A DNA stretch of 41,681 nt from Jimgerdemannia flammicorona (lineage: Eukaryota). The notes beneath the pieces were generated by a model. The model was given only the letters and a program-made list of their open reading frames with translations. It was not told where the DNA came from and ran no database searches. Position 1 is the stretch's first letter; the number at the start of each line of letters is the position of its first letter. Positions 12,184 to 23,650 of the stretch are shown piece by piece. The position numbers were made by a program, and so were the translations under genes. Location: assembly GCA_003990765.1 (NCBI GenBank), contig RBNJ01000104.1, positions 1-41,681 of the forward strand. The letters are read 5' to 3'.

Positions 12184-13775
12184 CTACAATATATTCGCTG
12201 TTAACACCCCATCATAATAGTGCCAACGTAATTGACGTCCACTCTTCTCCACCATCACCGGAATTTTCGCCGTCCTCTCTTCGTCCCACCCGTAAACCAG
12301 CACCTCTACATCATTTGGCCAACCTCCCCGCACCCACGGTTCCCCTTCCTCGACCCACTTAACGGCCTCCTCCATGCCCCAATTCCCCGCGACGCTGAAT
12401 TCAATTCTCCAATTGGACCAGCCGGGTATTTCACAGGGAAGATTCTCGTTGCTTGTAAAAAATGAAAAGAACCGGCCAAGAGCTGAAATCAGCGCCTCAC
12501 CTGGCGGGGCAAGGCAATGAAAGCGCTTCGGGGCCGAGAGAAAGGCCTCCTCGAGGGCATTCTTGCACGAGCCGAGATGCTGCATGCCGTCGATCTGTTG
12601 AGCGATGGAGGCGAGAATTTTTGTGGCTTTGGCAGAGAGTTGTTCGAGGTTGTGAAGGTGGCAGTCAAGCTGGGAAACGAGCGCGGCCTCGAAGACGTCC
12701 AATTCCGAAGTCTCCCGACGCCAGCCAACAACGTGAACGGGAGCTGCCCAGCGGCATGGGTTAAATAACGTGATCTCATCGAGAAGTGGTGATTCCGCGA
12801 GGATGTGGGTAAGGACATCCTCAAGCATCTTTAGATAGTTGGAGCGTTCTGGAGGTCTGTACAAACGGATCCCCACGTCATGAACGCGGAGACGACGGAG
12901 GTATGGGCGGAAGACGTAGGGATAATCAACGATGCTGGAAACACTGCAAGTCTTGGTAGTGTGGTAGAGGCTGGTTGCTACTTCGTTCCTGCGACGTAGA
13001 ATATGTCGAAAGGGTAGAAAACGGTCAAGAGTGAGCGAAGTGAACCCGAAAATTTCCTATATCCCTGCAAAACCTACCATACGCGGTTGACCAATCGCAT
13101 GTGAAGTATAGCGGGTATCAGCGCCATCTTGTCTCCTGAGGCAAACGTCAGTCGGAGGATGTCACGCCACAGCTCAGGAGGCAAGTCGGGCTGATTATTC
13201 ACAATGTGCCCGTCCTCAGATGCTGGCCACGGCGAGGGGGGCGAGTTATCCTTCCTTGTCAGCTTGTAGAAGTCTACCGCGACTTTCTCCATTTCATAGT
13301 AATCCCTGGGCGCAGCGACCACCTCGCCGAGCAGCGGCAGTCCCGACGTCTTGAACAACTGGTCGTAGGGACTGGTTTCCGCGAGTGGCTTACCGTCCGC
13401 GTTGGCGACGCATAGTTTCACGTCCACTCTACCGTCCGGCAATTTTTCGGAAAGCCAGAAGGTTCGGATGGTGTCGTGTCCTGTGGTTTCGATCATGTCG
13501 GGGTGCTGCGACTCGTCACGGTGTGCGCGCCGACAAGTGGGCAACTCAATCGTTTTACCAACACCGATGTCTTTCTCATTGACGAGGGGCCCCAAAGCGT
13601 CGGCGACGTGCGCGAGCCACTCCGGCTCAAAGAGTTGATAGAGTGGGGAGGTCGAGTCGGTGAAGTGGCGGCGGATGTCGCACAGATTTGCCTGCTTGTC
13701 GCATACTTCGAGGTAGGAGAAGGAGGAGGGCGAAGGGCTGACGTATAGGAGGAACGTCATGGGTAGGAGTTCCAT
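12184..13775 (-). CDS. Two-exon gene (13775-13078, 12988-12184), ~500 aa protein with internal F-box-like motif
   Basis: 89-nt GT..AG intron 13077-12989 joins the two track ORFs in frame: LPPELWRDILRL...MRLVNRVW/NEVATSLY. GC/CpG-rich with no internal stops. ATG homologous to the paralog start; an in-frame upstream ATG exists at 13874. Confidence 0.85.
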
Positions 13776-13836
13776 TTTTTGGGTAGATGTCGGAGGAAGG
13801 CAAAAAGAGAAAGAGAATCCGCAGCTGTCAGATGGC

Positions 13837-13853
13837 GAGGACACGTGATTACC
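13837..13853 (-). promoter_or_regulatory. Conserved upstream E-box (RTCACGTG) of paralog 1
   Basis: GAGGACACGTGATTACC matches 19365-19381 at 16/17 while neighbouring non-coding DNA is diverged. Confidence 0.55.
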
Positions 13854-14949
13854 TAAATTATTATTTAACGCCATAACTTAATACTATGCCAGAAACATAC
13901 TTCACCAGGTGTATGTCTAATCCAACAGGACAAGATCATTATGAAGAGAAATATATATATAAAGAGTATATAATGTGGCAACCTTCTCACTGGCTTTGGT
14001 GAATATCCATTATTTTTATTTCCAGAACGTGTAGTAGTTATGACACTTTTACTCTCAAAGCCACACTTGCCTAGTTTGTAATCTCTTAGTAACCTCACCA
14101 TTTAATTATAACCTCACTAGAGGAGTTGGTGAAAATATTTTTATAATTACAATATATCTCTAAATTTGGACGTTTAGAGTTGAGAATAATGTTGATTTTT
14201 TTTTTTTTTGAATAACTATAATTTAATTAGTGATATTATTATTTAATATTTAGAAAAAAGTAGAGCATAACATACTTAATTAAAATAAATATGAAATCTG
14301 ACTTATAAAATAGCTAAATCAATAGTATATTTAAGTTAAAAAAATAAATAAGTTAATAGTTGAAAAACTTAAAAAATAGTAAAGTCAGTAATATATTAAC
14401 TTAGATAATAGTCAAGTTAATAATATACTTATCTTAATCTAAATTCTAATCTATATTTTAATCTCAAAAATAATCAAATTGAAAATATATCAAAATTAAA
14501 AAATAAATCAATAAATAAATATTAAATATAAATATTTGAAATTAAAATTAGAATTAGAAATAAATCAGTAAAATTATATAGAATAAATTAGTAACTTAGA
14601 AATATATTATTTTATTTATTAGTAATTATATAATACTTAATTTTTCTTATTATTTATCTTTTTTTTTATTATTTATCTCATTCTTATTATTTATTTATTT
14701 TTATTTTTATTTTTTTTTACTAAATATATTACTTGATTATTCAATATACTTCTAATAGTTTTAGTATAATTGAGATATTGAATATTAGCTCTAAATATTA
14801 TATAAGAGATGAAATATATTACTATTAGCTATTTAATATATCTAATATTATGGCTTAAGTAATATATATTTAGCAGATAGATATTGTCTCATATTTAAAT
14901 AACTTATTTAAGAGTTCTGGAATTTTTTGATATTTTCTGAGATATAAAT

Positions 14950-15441
14950 TTTATTTTATTTTATTTTATTTTATTTCTATAAATATATACTAGATCTCTT
15001 TATTAACTAATCTATAATAAATATATAGTCCTTATATTACTCTGGTAGCTCCAATCTAATTACACTCTACTCTATCTAATATACTCTCTTCTTTCTATCT
15101 TCACTCTCTTAAAATCTATCAGATTGTTAGCTATCTCAATTTGTCTACTACTCCTCTCTATATTTCTTCTATTAGATATCTATGATAACTCTCTTAAGAA
15201 CTCTACTTCTGTCACTAGTATGATAGGAAACCTATTATCAATCTCTCTTATCTTGCTATCCTTTCTCTCAAAACCATCTGTCTCTTATTCTTGAATATAT
15301 ATTACTAGTATATAGCTAATTTTATCTATATCACTAATACTTATACAATAGTAAGCTACTCATTATTGATATATTTCACCAATTTTTCTCTCAAGTCATC
15401 TTATCTCTCTCTCTTTCTATCATCTTACTACTATATCTCTA

Positions 15442-15472
<31 letters not shown>

Positions 15473-16830
15473 CTATATTTCTAGGTAATCCCCAACTAAT
15501 ATTCAAAAGTTATAAAGTATCTTGTACTCTTTCAATTAATATTTAAATATCTATATAATCTCTCTCTTCTAGTATATGATATAATAATACTTATACTCAA
15601 AAACCATTCTTTTTACTAAGTATCTCAATCTAAAGTTTAATATAATATTTTTTCTCAAGATATACTACTATACTATCTAGAACTTTGGAGAAAGCTACTA
15701 TTATATCTCAGTACTCTAAGACCAGACTCCAGTCTAGTTCTATATCTTACTAATGCCTACTAACTACTAGTCTATTGGCTATATATTCTGTTCTACTCTC
15801 TGTTGATACTCTAAATAAGTACTAATGTTAAAGTCTATTAGTGGTAAATTACTCAATAGAAGTCTGTCTCACCTCTATATTATAGAACCTCATAATATCT
15901 CTCTTATATTATTATCAATATAGACTAATTTTGTGAGTCCTCTCTACCATCTCCTACCAGAATCCTCTTTACTATAAGTATCTACTACTATTCAGTCTAA
16001 TTATTAATAATAATTTACCAAAAGAGTATCTAGAAGAGAATCTTATCTCTCAGATCTTCAGCATTAATAGCACCCACTATCTGTCTTATAACTTATAGCT
16101 CTCTTTAATGACCAAGTTCTAAGACAATATAATCTCTTTAGAAAGTCCACCAGACCTAAACCTCTTCTATTTTCTGAAGTCACTAAGACCTTCTAACTGA
16201 TCTGAATTTGTCTTTTAGCTCAAATCTAGTTCTTAGTCATTATTAACAATCTCTTCACTACTTATATTAGAAAGTTTAAGTAATATGTCAGATACTACAA
16301 CTTCAGCAATTAGTGGATATAAAGAATTAATACTCTTCTAGTAAGTAAAATATAGTATCCTCTCTAACTTCAAAGAATCTTCTCTCATTTCACCATCTTT
16401 CTCTCTCACTAAGTTTTGGATAAGACTAATTTATATACTGATAAAAATATATCCAGATATCATACTATCTCTCTGATAGAGATAATAGTATCTACAATAT
16501 CTCTATCTACTAAACCATTCTCTAGCACTATTATCTCATATTTATGCCAGTGAACTTTGCCTCAGAGTTAAGTCTAACTACTATATCATCTGCAAAGACC
16601 CCAATCTTCCAGACAATCTCTAAGACCAAAAGCCTCAATATCTTATAATAAATTCTATCTATCAATAGCTCTAATTATAATATATATAGAATAGAAAATA
16701 ATAGGTCTCCCTGGAGAATCTCTTTCCTCAATAAGAATAAGATACTATAATATCTATTATATAAGATAGCTATCTGGCTACTCCTCAAAAGACTGATTAT
16801 CAATAATTAGAATTAATGAGAAATACTAAT
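14950..16830 (-). mobile_element. 5'-truncated degraded L1/Tx1-like LINE (RT C-terminal half to tail)
   Basis: Minus strand ILQGDLLFSILY ~16685-16720, GVFADD ~16585-16602; (TTTTA)n tail at ~14950-14975. Confidence 0.75.
15431..15486 (+). mobile_element. Solo poly(A) retro-insertion with TSD
   Basis: ctatatctctaggt (15431-15444) + A28 (15445-15472) + ctatatttctaggt (15473-15486). Confidence 0.8.
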
Positions 16831-17695
16831 TCTCTCTGACAGTAAATCTTATTTTTGACAGAATTGATTTGGTTTTATAATTAGTATAATATTTTGATTT
16901 ATCTGATGTAAATTTTAGTAGTGATATAATTTATTAGGTAATATAGACTTGGCAGATGATATAAATTAGCTAGTGATGAATTTTATAAAAACTAATAATA
17001 TTACTTTAAGTAATACTAACTTAAGTGATATAGTATAATAATTAGATTCAGTATAGTAATATATTATATATCTTAAGTTATTATCTATATTAAAGAAGTT
17101 ATTCTCTAAGATCTTATTTATAAAATTTATAAAATATCTCAATTAGTTTAAAGCTAAAGATACAAATTATATTAGAAGTAACTAACTTACTATAGGATTC
17201 AGAATACTAAATCTATCTTACCAGAATTTTACATCTTTTCTTTTTGAGACAACTACTGAGTTAATCTTACATATCTTATAATTTTTTTTAAATAAATCAC
17301 TTATTGCTATTAAAGTATGTAAAGATACTATTTAAGTAGCTCATTATATATTATATTATATAAATTTCAATTATATTAATTTATAAATATATAAAAACCT
17401 TAAATATAATTATTCTATAAATATAAATTAATACAATTATAAGTTATTTTTTGTAAAATTAAAAAGGTTATAATTATAATAATTATTTTAAATTAAAAAC
17501 TTTATACTCCCAAATGCGACAAAAGTCTCTATGTTCTCGATTTCAAATAATAACTTATGTTCTAATTAACACCGATATATCTTTCTTTCTATTTCACTCT
17601 CGGGTTTGTCAAATGACAAACAAATATATTAAATAAATTTAACAGAAAGGATTGTATAGTTATACGATAATCACTTGTCATCAAGGAGTAGGGAG

Positions 17696-19324
17696 TTACT
17701 CTAACTCCAAAATCCCTGATAATACCCTATTTATAGATTGCCAACGTAATTGGCGCCCACTCTTTTTCACCCTCGTCGGAAATTTCAATGTCTTCTCCTC
17801 GTCACACCCGCAAACCAGCACCGTTACACCTTTCGGCCATCCTCCCCGCACCCACGGCTCCTCTTCTTCGAACCACCTGTCGGCCTCGTCCATCCCCCAA
17901 TTCGCCGCGATACTGAATACAATTGCCGCCTTAAGCCCACATCGAAGACCCTTGTAGCCTGCAACAAATGTAAAGAGCCGGCCAAGAGCTGAAATCAGCG
18001 CCTCACCTGGCGGGGCAAGGCAGTAGAAGCGCTTTGGGGCCGAGAGAAAGGTCTCCGCAAATGCATCGTTCCACAAGTCGAGTCGCCGGAGGCCATTGGT
18101 CTTTTGAGTGATGGGAATTGTTGTGGTTTTGGCGGCAAGTTCTTCGAGCTGGTGGAGGTGGTAATCGAGCCGGGCGACGAGCGCGGGTTCGAGGAGGTCC
18201 AATTCTGAGACCGCCCGACGCCAGCCAACAACGTGAGAGGGAAAGGCCGGGCAGAATTGGTTAATTAATGTGATCTCATCGAGAAGTGGTGATCCCATGA
18301 GGATGTGGATAAGGCTATCCTCGAGCGTGTTTCGATATATGGGGAGTTCTAGCGACGGGACGGGAGGCTTGTATAAACGGCCCCCCCTGTCATGAACGCG
18401 GAGACGACGGAGGTATGGACGAAAGGCGTTGGGATACTCCACGATGCTGGAAACACTGGAAGTTTCGGCAGTCTGGTAAAGGCTGGTTGCGATTTCGTTC
18501 CTGTGATGCAGATAATGTAGAAACAGTAGGTGTAGGTTAGGAGTGGACAAAGTGAACCATTAATCTTCCCATATCTCTACATTAACCTACCATGTGCGGT
18601 TGACTAATCGCATACAAAGTATGGCCGGTATGAGTCCCGTCCTGTCGCTGGGGGTAACCCCATAGTAAAGGATATCACGCCAAATTTCTGGAGGTAAATC
18701 GAGCTGATTATCTTCGAGAGGTCCGGCCTTTGAGGCGGCCCACAACGAGGAGGGCAAGTGCTCCCTCTTTATAACCGTGAAGACGTTTTTTTCTTCCTTC
18801 TTCAATTCGAAGTAATCCCTGGGCGCAGCGACAACCTCCGGAAGTAGCGGCAGTCCCGACGTCTTGAACAAATGATCGAATGGACTAGTCTCCGGGAGCG
18901 GAGTACCGTCCGTGATGGCGACGCACAATTCTACTCGCACATTGTCGTTCGGTAAATTAGTAGAAAGCCGGAAGGTACGCATGTTGTCAAATATGGAGGT
19001 TTTGATCATGTCAGGGCGCTGCGACTCTCGGTGATCCGAGCCCAGGCAGGCGAGTAGGTCAATCGATTTGCCTATCGGTTTGCTAAAACGGATAAAAGTC
19101 TCCCTGAAGAAGGGTTGCAAAGCATCGGCGGCGCTCGCGAGCCACTTAGGGATAATGAGTTGAAAGAGAGGGGAGGCCGAGTCGGTGAAGTGGCGGCGGA
19201 TGTTATACAGTGTTGCATGCTCGTCGCAAACTATACTGATGTAGGAAACTGAAGGGTATTCAGTGTTGACGTAAAGGCGTGGGAAAGAAATTGGTTTGCG
19301 TGGGAGATGGAATAACAAGGCCAT
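17696..19324 (-). CDS. Two-exon gene (19324-18591, 18500-17696), ~512 aa paralog with internal F-box-like motif
   Basis: 90-nt GT..AG intron 18590-18501 at the same Trp codon: LPPEIWRDILYY...MRLVNRTW/NEIATSLY. Shared blocks with paralog 1 (IRRHFTDS, LFKTSGLPLL, CLAPPGEALISALGR, EPWVRGGWP). Confidence 0.85.
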
Positions 19325-19364
19325 TTTATCGGGTAGATGTCTGCTCCCTTGACAATAAAGTGAG

Positions 19365-19381
19365 GAGGACACGTGACTACC
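19365..19381 (-). promoter_or_regulatory. Conserved upstream E-box (GTCACGTG) of paralog 2
   Basis: GAGGACACGTGACTACC, ~45 bp upstream of ATG 19324. Confidence 0.55.
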
Positions 19382-19454
19382 CGAAAACCAATTAGTAAAA
19401 TTATATTACTGCGCCAGATTCGTCAAGTTTCACTGTTGGACCATCCTCCGCTAG

Positions 19455-19651
19455 CGTTTCATCAACGGCGGCCTCAAGATCAAGGGAAAGAAGAACGTTG
19501 TCACCTCAAATTTTCCTACCCTCTCGTTGATTGGTGTCGACAGCTCCACCAATATCTGGTCCGATAACAAGTTCTACAGCGATAAGACCTATGGCAAGGA
19601 TTACTACGACGGTATGGCGGATATACCCACGCCGGCGATTACGTGAGTATT
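19455..19651 (+). pseudogene. Pectate lyase (PL1-like) exon relic
   Basis: After a TAG acceptor: RFINGGLKIKGKKNVV..LIGVDSSTNIWSDNKFYSDKTYGKDYYDGMAD, then via a 1-nt frameshift THAGDYV. Resembles the fungal pectate lyase segment NVWVDH..SD..GKDYYDGLLDITHGSDWV. GTGAGT at 19643 is a possible donor. Confidence 0.78.
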
Positions 19652-22600
19652 CAGACTGACCTCTCAATTGCGCGAAGCATGTAAATGGCATCACCTTTCC
19701 CTGACATTATTCTTCAACAAAGAATATTTCTGAAGATCTGTTATCAAGATATTTATACATTTACTAAACTATTTTAATATGTAACTTATTTACTGATTAT
19801 TCTGAGTTAATTATATAAGTTTCCTGTGATATATATTGTAGATAAATATGTGGCTTCAAATTCTTTAGTATTTCTGAAATATCTGGTGAGTAATTTTGAT
19901 CTTCACTTAAGATATAACTTATTATAGATATTATAGAGAATATAATTTTATCCATTATTACCTTTCTTCAGTAACATTTAGGTTACACAACCTCTTGACA
20001 ATATTTTCAACACAGTTTCTGGAGAAAAGCTACTAGTATCATGGTAACTGTTGAGTATTCCAAGGTGCATACTGGACAGGGTGGCCCAGGTGCTTTCAAC
20101 TGACAGTATGTGAGGAGGGGCCCTGGCTTAGACAGAAGCATGAGGGGTCTGCTGGCAGGAGAATATGGTAGAAGAGAGGGAAGCACTGGAGGTCAGGGGA
20201 CAGGGAGGGTGAGCTTTGCAGATAAGGTGAAGGGGGGTCAGCAGGAGATAGGGCTGAAGGGCTGGCTTTGGAGAGGCAAGGTGATGGTAAAGACTGCAGA
20301 GCAGTTACTCTAAGGGAGAGTCTCTCTAGGGGGCTGGAGTAGTGGGGCTGGTGGTGCAGGGGCTGAGGAGATAACTGCTGATGGGAGCATAACAGGTGAT
20401 CAGGAGAAAAATCTAGATGAGACTGCTGATATTGGATCAAGTAGTGAGAAAGGCACAAGGCCTAGTGATCTGGCAGATAGTGTAATGGGACTGGTGGTAG
20501 TACTATTACTCAAGAAGTCAATCTCAGAGTTCACAGTCACCTTGTGCTTCTAGGGCTTAATAGTGATAGCAAAAATGGTCCTGGGCTGATTGCTAAGCAG
20601 GTGGCTGGAGCAGTATCTGTAAAGTTCCTAAAGAGACTAAAAGGAGTAGAGGTTGGCTTTAAGGAGGCTAGACCATTAGAGGAGGCACTAAAGACAGAGT
20701 TGACAGTTGGAGAGATGTGTATTCTGATGGTGTGCTACTTGAGGTAGTACTCCAGGATAGTGCAATTGCTAGTGAAGGGGGTACCCACAGTAACTACTGA
20801 GGAGACAAGGAGGAGAGTGGAAGAAGTCATAGCTGAGTATGGTGAGGTGGTCAATATTGGGTTCTGGGTCTGAGAGGGGACCCCATTCAGGACTGAGGAT
20901 ATTGATGTTTGAGTTCAGTTGACAGAGAAGGAGGCTACTGGGAAGGCTAGAGACTGGCCCTCAGTGATGATCTGGGGGACTTTCTTGTATAAGGTGACAA
21001 GGATGAAGAGGAGCAAGGAGGAGGAAGAGAATCTGCTAGAGGTGCTGGAAAAGCTGGGCAGAACTGTGGAGCAGAGGGTGAAGGCTTAAAAGGTGTATGT
21101 CAAGTTGATATATTTGGAAGTAGTAGATAGAAAGAGGATTTAGATGATAAGAGGTGGTGGGAATGATCTCAAGGATGTAAGAGACAGAGAGAGCTATTGG
21201 TGAAACTGAAAAGCAGGGCAAAGAAGGATACTGGTGGCATTGAAATCATGGGGAGAGCCAAGGAGAGTGTCTGGGCTGGCAAGGATAGAGAGAATACAGA
21301 GAAGGGGCCAGGAGGAGAAGAGAAGGCAAAGGGTAATGACCCTTATGTAGATGGTACCTTTGAGGTCTGAGAGCTGTCTCTGACCTCTATACCACTTATT
21401 AGATAAGGTCCAGCTTCAAGGGGCTGGGTGGCAGAAGATGTGCCTATGTGGAGTGTCCAGAGAGTATACTTTGGAGTTCTTAAGATAACAAAGAGTGGGC
21501 AGGTAGTGGTGGTGGATGAGGATGAACTAGTGGATATTCTGGAGGAAGAGGAGAAGTAAGATGAGACAGTGAGCATAGGGGCTGATATCTCTATACTGGA
21601 TAGAGGGTAGCTATTGACTCTTGGGAGGAAGGAGATAGGAAATCTACTATGGATATATAAGATAATAAATAACTTTACAGCAGAGGAGTTGGGGGAGGTG
21701 GACCTGTAAGTGATGAGTGATGAGTATTGGGTATATATCCTATAGGGTAAGAGTGTGGTAGAGGCACTGAAGGCAGAGATTCTTGTAGTTTTCCTGGAGG
21801 AGAAAGGTTATGAGGTTGATAAGAAGAGAGAGGCTAGGCTAGCAGTTGTTGCTGGTGAGAGGGCTGCTTACTGTTGGGCAGAGTGGCATAGGTTGTAGCT
21901 CTGGCAGAAGGCCTGCCTGGAATATTGCAAAGAGTTTAAGAAGAAGGAGGATGGGGAGCTCAAGGAACTTCTGGCTGAATTGGAGGCTAAGCAGACTGTA
22001 GGAGGAGAAAGCTGTGAAACATGATCTGGACCTGACTCAGAATGAGAGGCTCATAGAGCAGTAGAGGATGTATCTACTTTTATACATTATATATTATTTC
22101 TTATGAACAGTACAACCAACTTTTTTTCTTTAAATGTGAATGGGCTAAGGGGTTCATTTTGTTGATGGAACATTTTTGCTGGGCTGAAGAGATTAGAGAC
22201 CAATCTTTTTCTTTTGTAGGATGTCAGATACAAGGATGATTTAGATATACTGGAATAGATAAAGGAATGAGGAGAAGAGGCAGTTTGGAAGGACAAGGTT
22301 GGAATTCTGGTCAGGAAGGGCAGAGGGGAGATATAAGATGTGTAGAACTGGAGAGATAGGCTAGTTTGGGGTAAGTGGATTCAAACTGATCAGGAACCAG
22401 TTACAGTGGGATCCTGCTACTGTCCTGTAGTACAGAGTGAGCATATAGAGTGAGTGAAGAGGCTTCTGGAGGAAGGGCCTCTATTGGGGGCTGGAGTGGA
22501 TGTACTTGGTGAGACTTTAATATAGTCAGAGATGCACTGGCAGATAGAACTGATTGAGGGAGGGGGGTGGTAGGAAGGAGTAGAGGCTTGGAGATATAGG

Positions 22601-23650
22601 AGAAAGTAGAGAGGCTGAGTACATTGGTAGATGTTAGCTGGGAGCTGTAGTGGGACAGAAGGGTGTATACACATTGGGTGAGTGGCCTGGGGTCAAGGAT
22701 TGACTGGATTTTGACAGTGGACTCTGGGGTTTGGATGTTTGGAGATCTCTGGAGGCAGAATGGTATCTATGGTCTGATCATTGGAGACTGCTGGGACAGG
22801 GCCATTTTGGGGGGAGTGGGGATGGGCCAGGTCATTGGTACCTCAACTCTTCCTTGTTAGACAATAAGATACTGATGAGTGGGCTGCAGATATTCAGTGG
22901 AGGGTAGAGGAGTGGATAAGAAAAGGCACCTCAGTTGGAGATAGGTAGATGTGGCTGAAGGAGGCTGCTAGGGGCTATTGGAGAGAGGCAGGTATGGCAG
23001 CTAGAAGATAGAGAAGGAAGAAGAGGTTGTGGGCCTCTACTAGATTGATAAGGCTGTTGGGGGATTGGGCAGGTCTATTGGCTCTGGAGAGGGTAGAGGA
23101 TTGGAGATTACTATGGGTGAGAAAGGAGGTTGTAGAGTTGCAACAGATATTGTGAGTGGAGGATGAAGTATAGGTGCAAAGTATGGCAGTATGTCTATGA
23201 TGGCAGGGGCTGGAGGAAGGAGAGAGGTCCTCTAAGTTTCTCATAAGGGCCCTTCAAGCAAGGAGGATTCAGCAGAGGGGAGAGGGGATTATTGATTTGG
23301 AGGAGATAATAGTATATGATATATAAGACATTCTCAGGTCACAGAAGGAGCAGTGGAGTGGCTTGTGGAGTGAGAAGGAGGGTGGGGCAGAAAATGTCAC
23401 CATTGGCATTGTCTTGGAGAATTGGCAACTACCTCCAGCAGAAGAGCTGGGTGACCTGGTGATGCTGGTGCTAGAGAAGGAGATTTATCAGGTTCTTGCT
23501 ATGACTGTACTAGGTATAGCACCAGGTGAGGATGGCCTGCCCTGGGCTTTCTGGAAGAAGATGGTGAGCATCTCTGGTATGCTGGAGGAGCTGAGAGCTC
23601 TCTGTAATTTGGTACTGCAGTCTGGGAGATGAATAGGGGAGCAGAATCTG

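Noticed and set aside
12232-13748. Plus-strand and alternative-frame ORFs over gene 1 (likewise 17652-18231 over gene 2)
   Set aside because: GC-rich shadows; not conserved as proteins between the paralogs.
13776-13874. 33-aa N-terminal extension from ATG 13874
   Set aside because: No equivalent ATG in paralog 2 and it spans the conserved E-box; not excluded without transcripts.
13860-14140. Intermediate-GC segment with 78-aa minus ORF
   Set aside because: No motif or homolog in the window; unassigned.
16840-17060. Degenerate agtgatataa-like periodicity
   Set aside because: Too eroded to define a unit or origin.
18501-18590. Four separate genes, as the ORF track implies
   Set aside because: A conserved GT-AG intron joins each pair in frame through the F-box motif.
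19373-19694. Track ORFs 19373-19567 (+) and 19506-19694 (-)
   Set aside because: Wrong frames; the informative frame is the pectate lyase relic.
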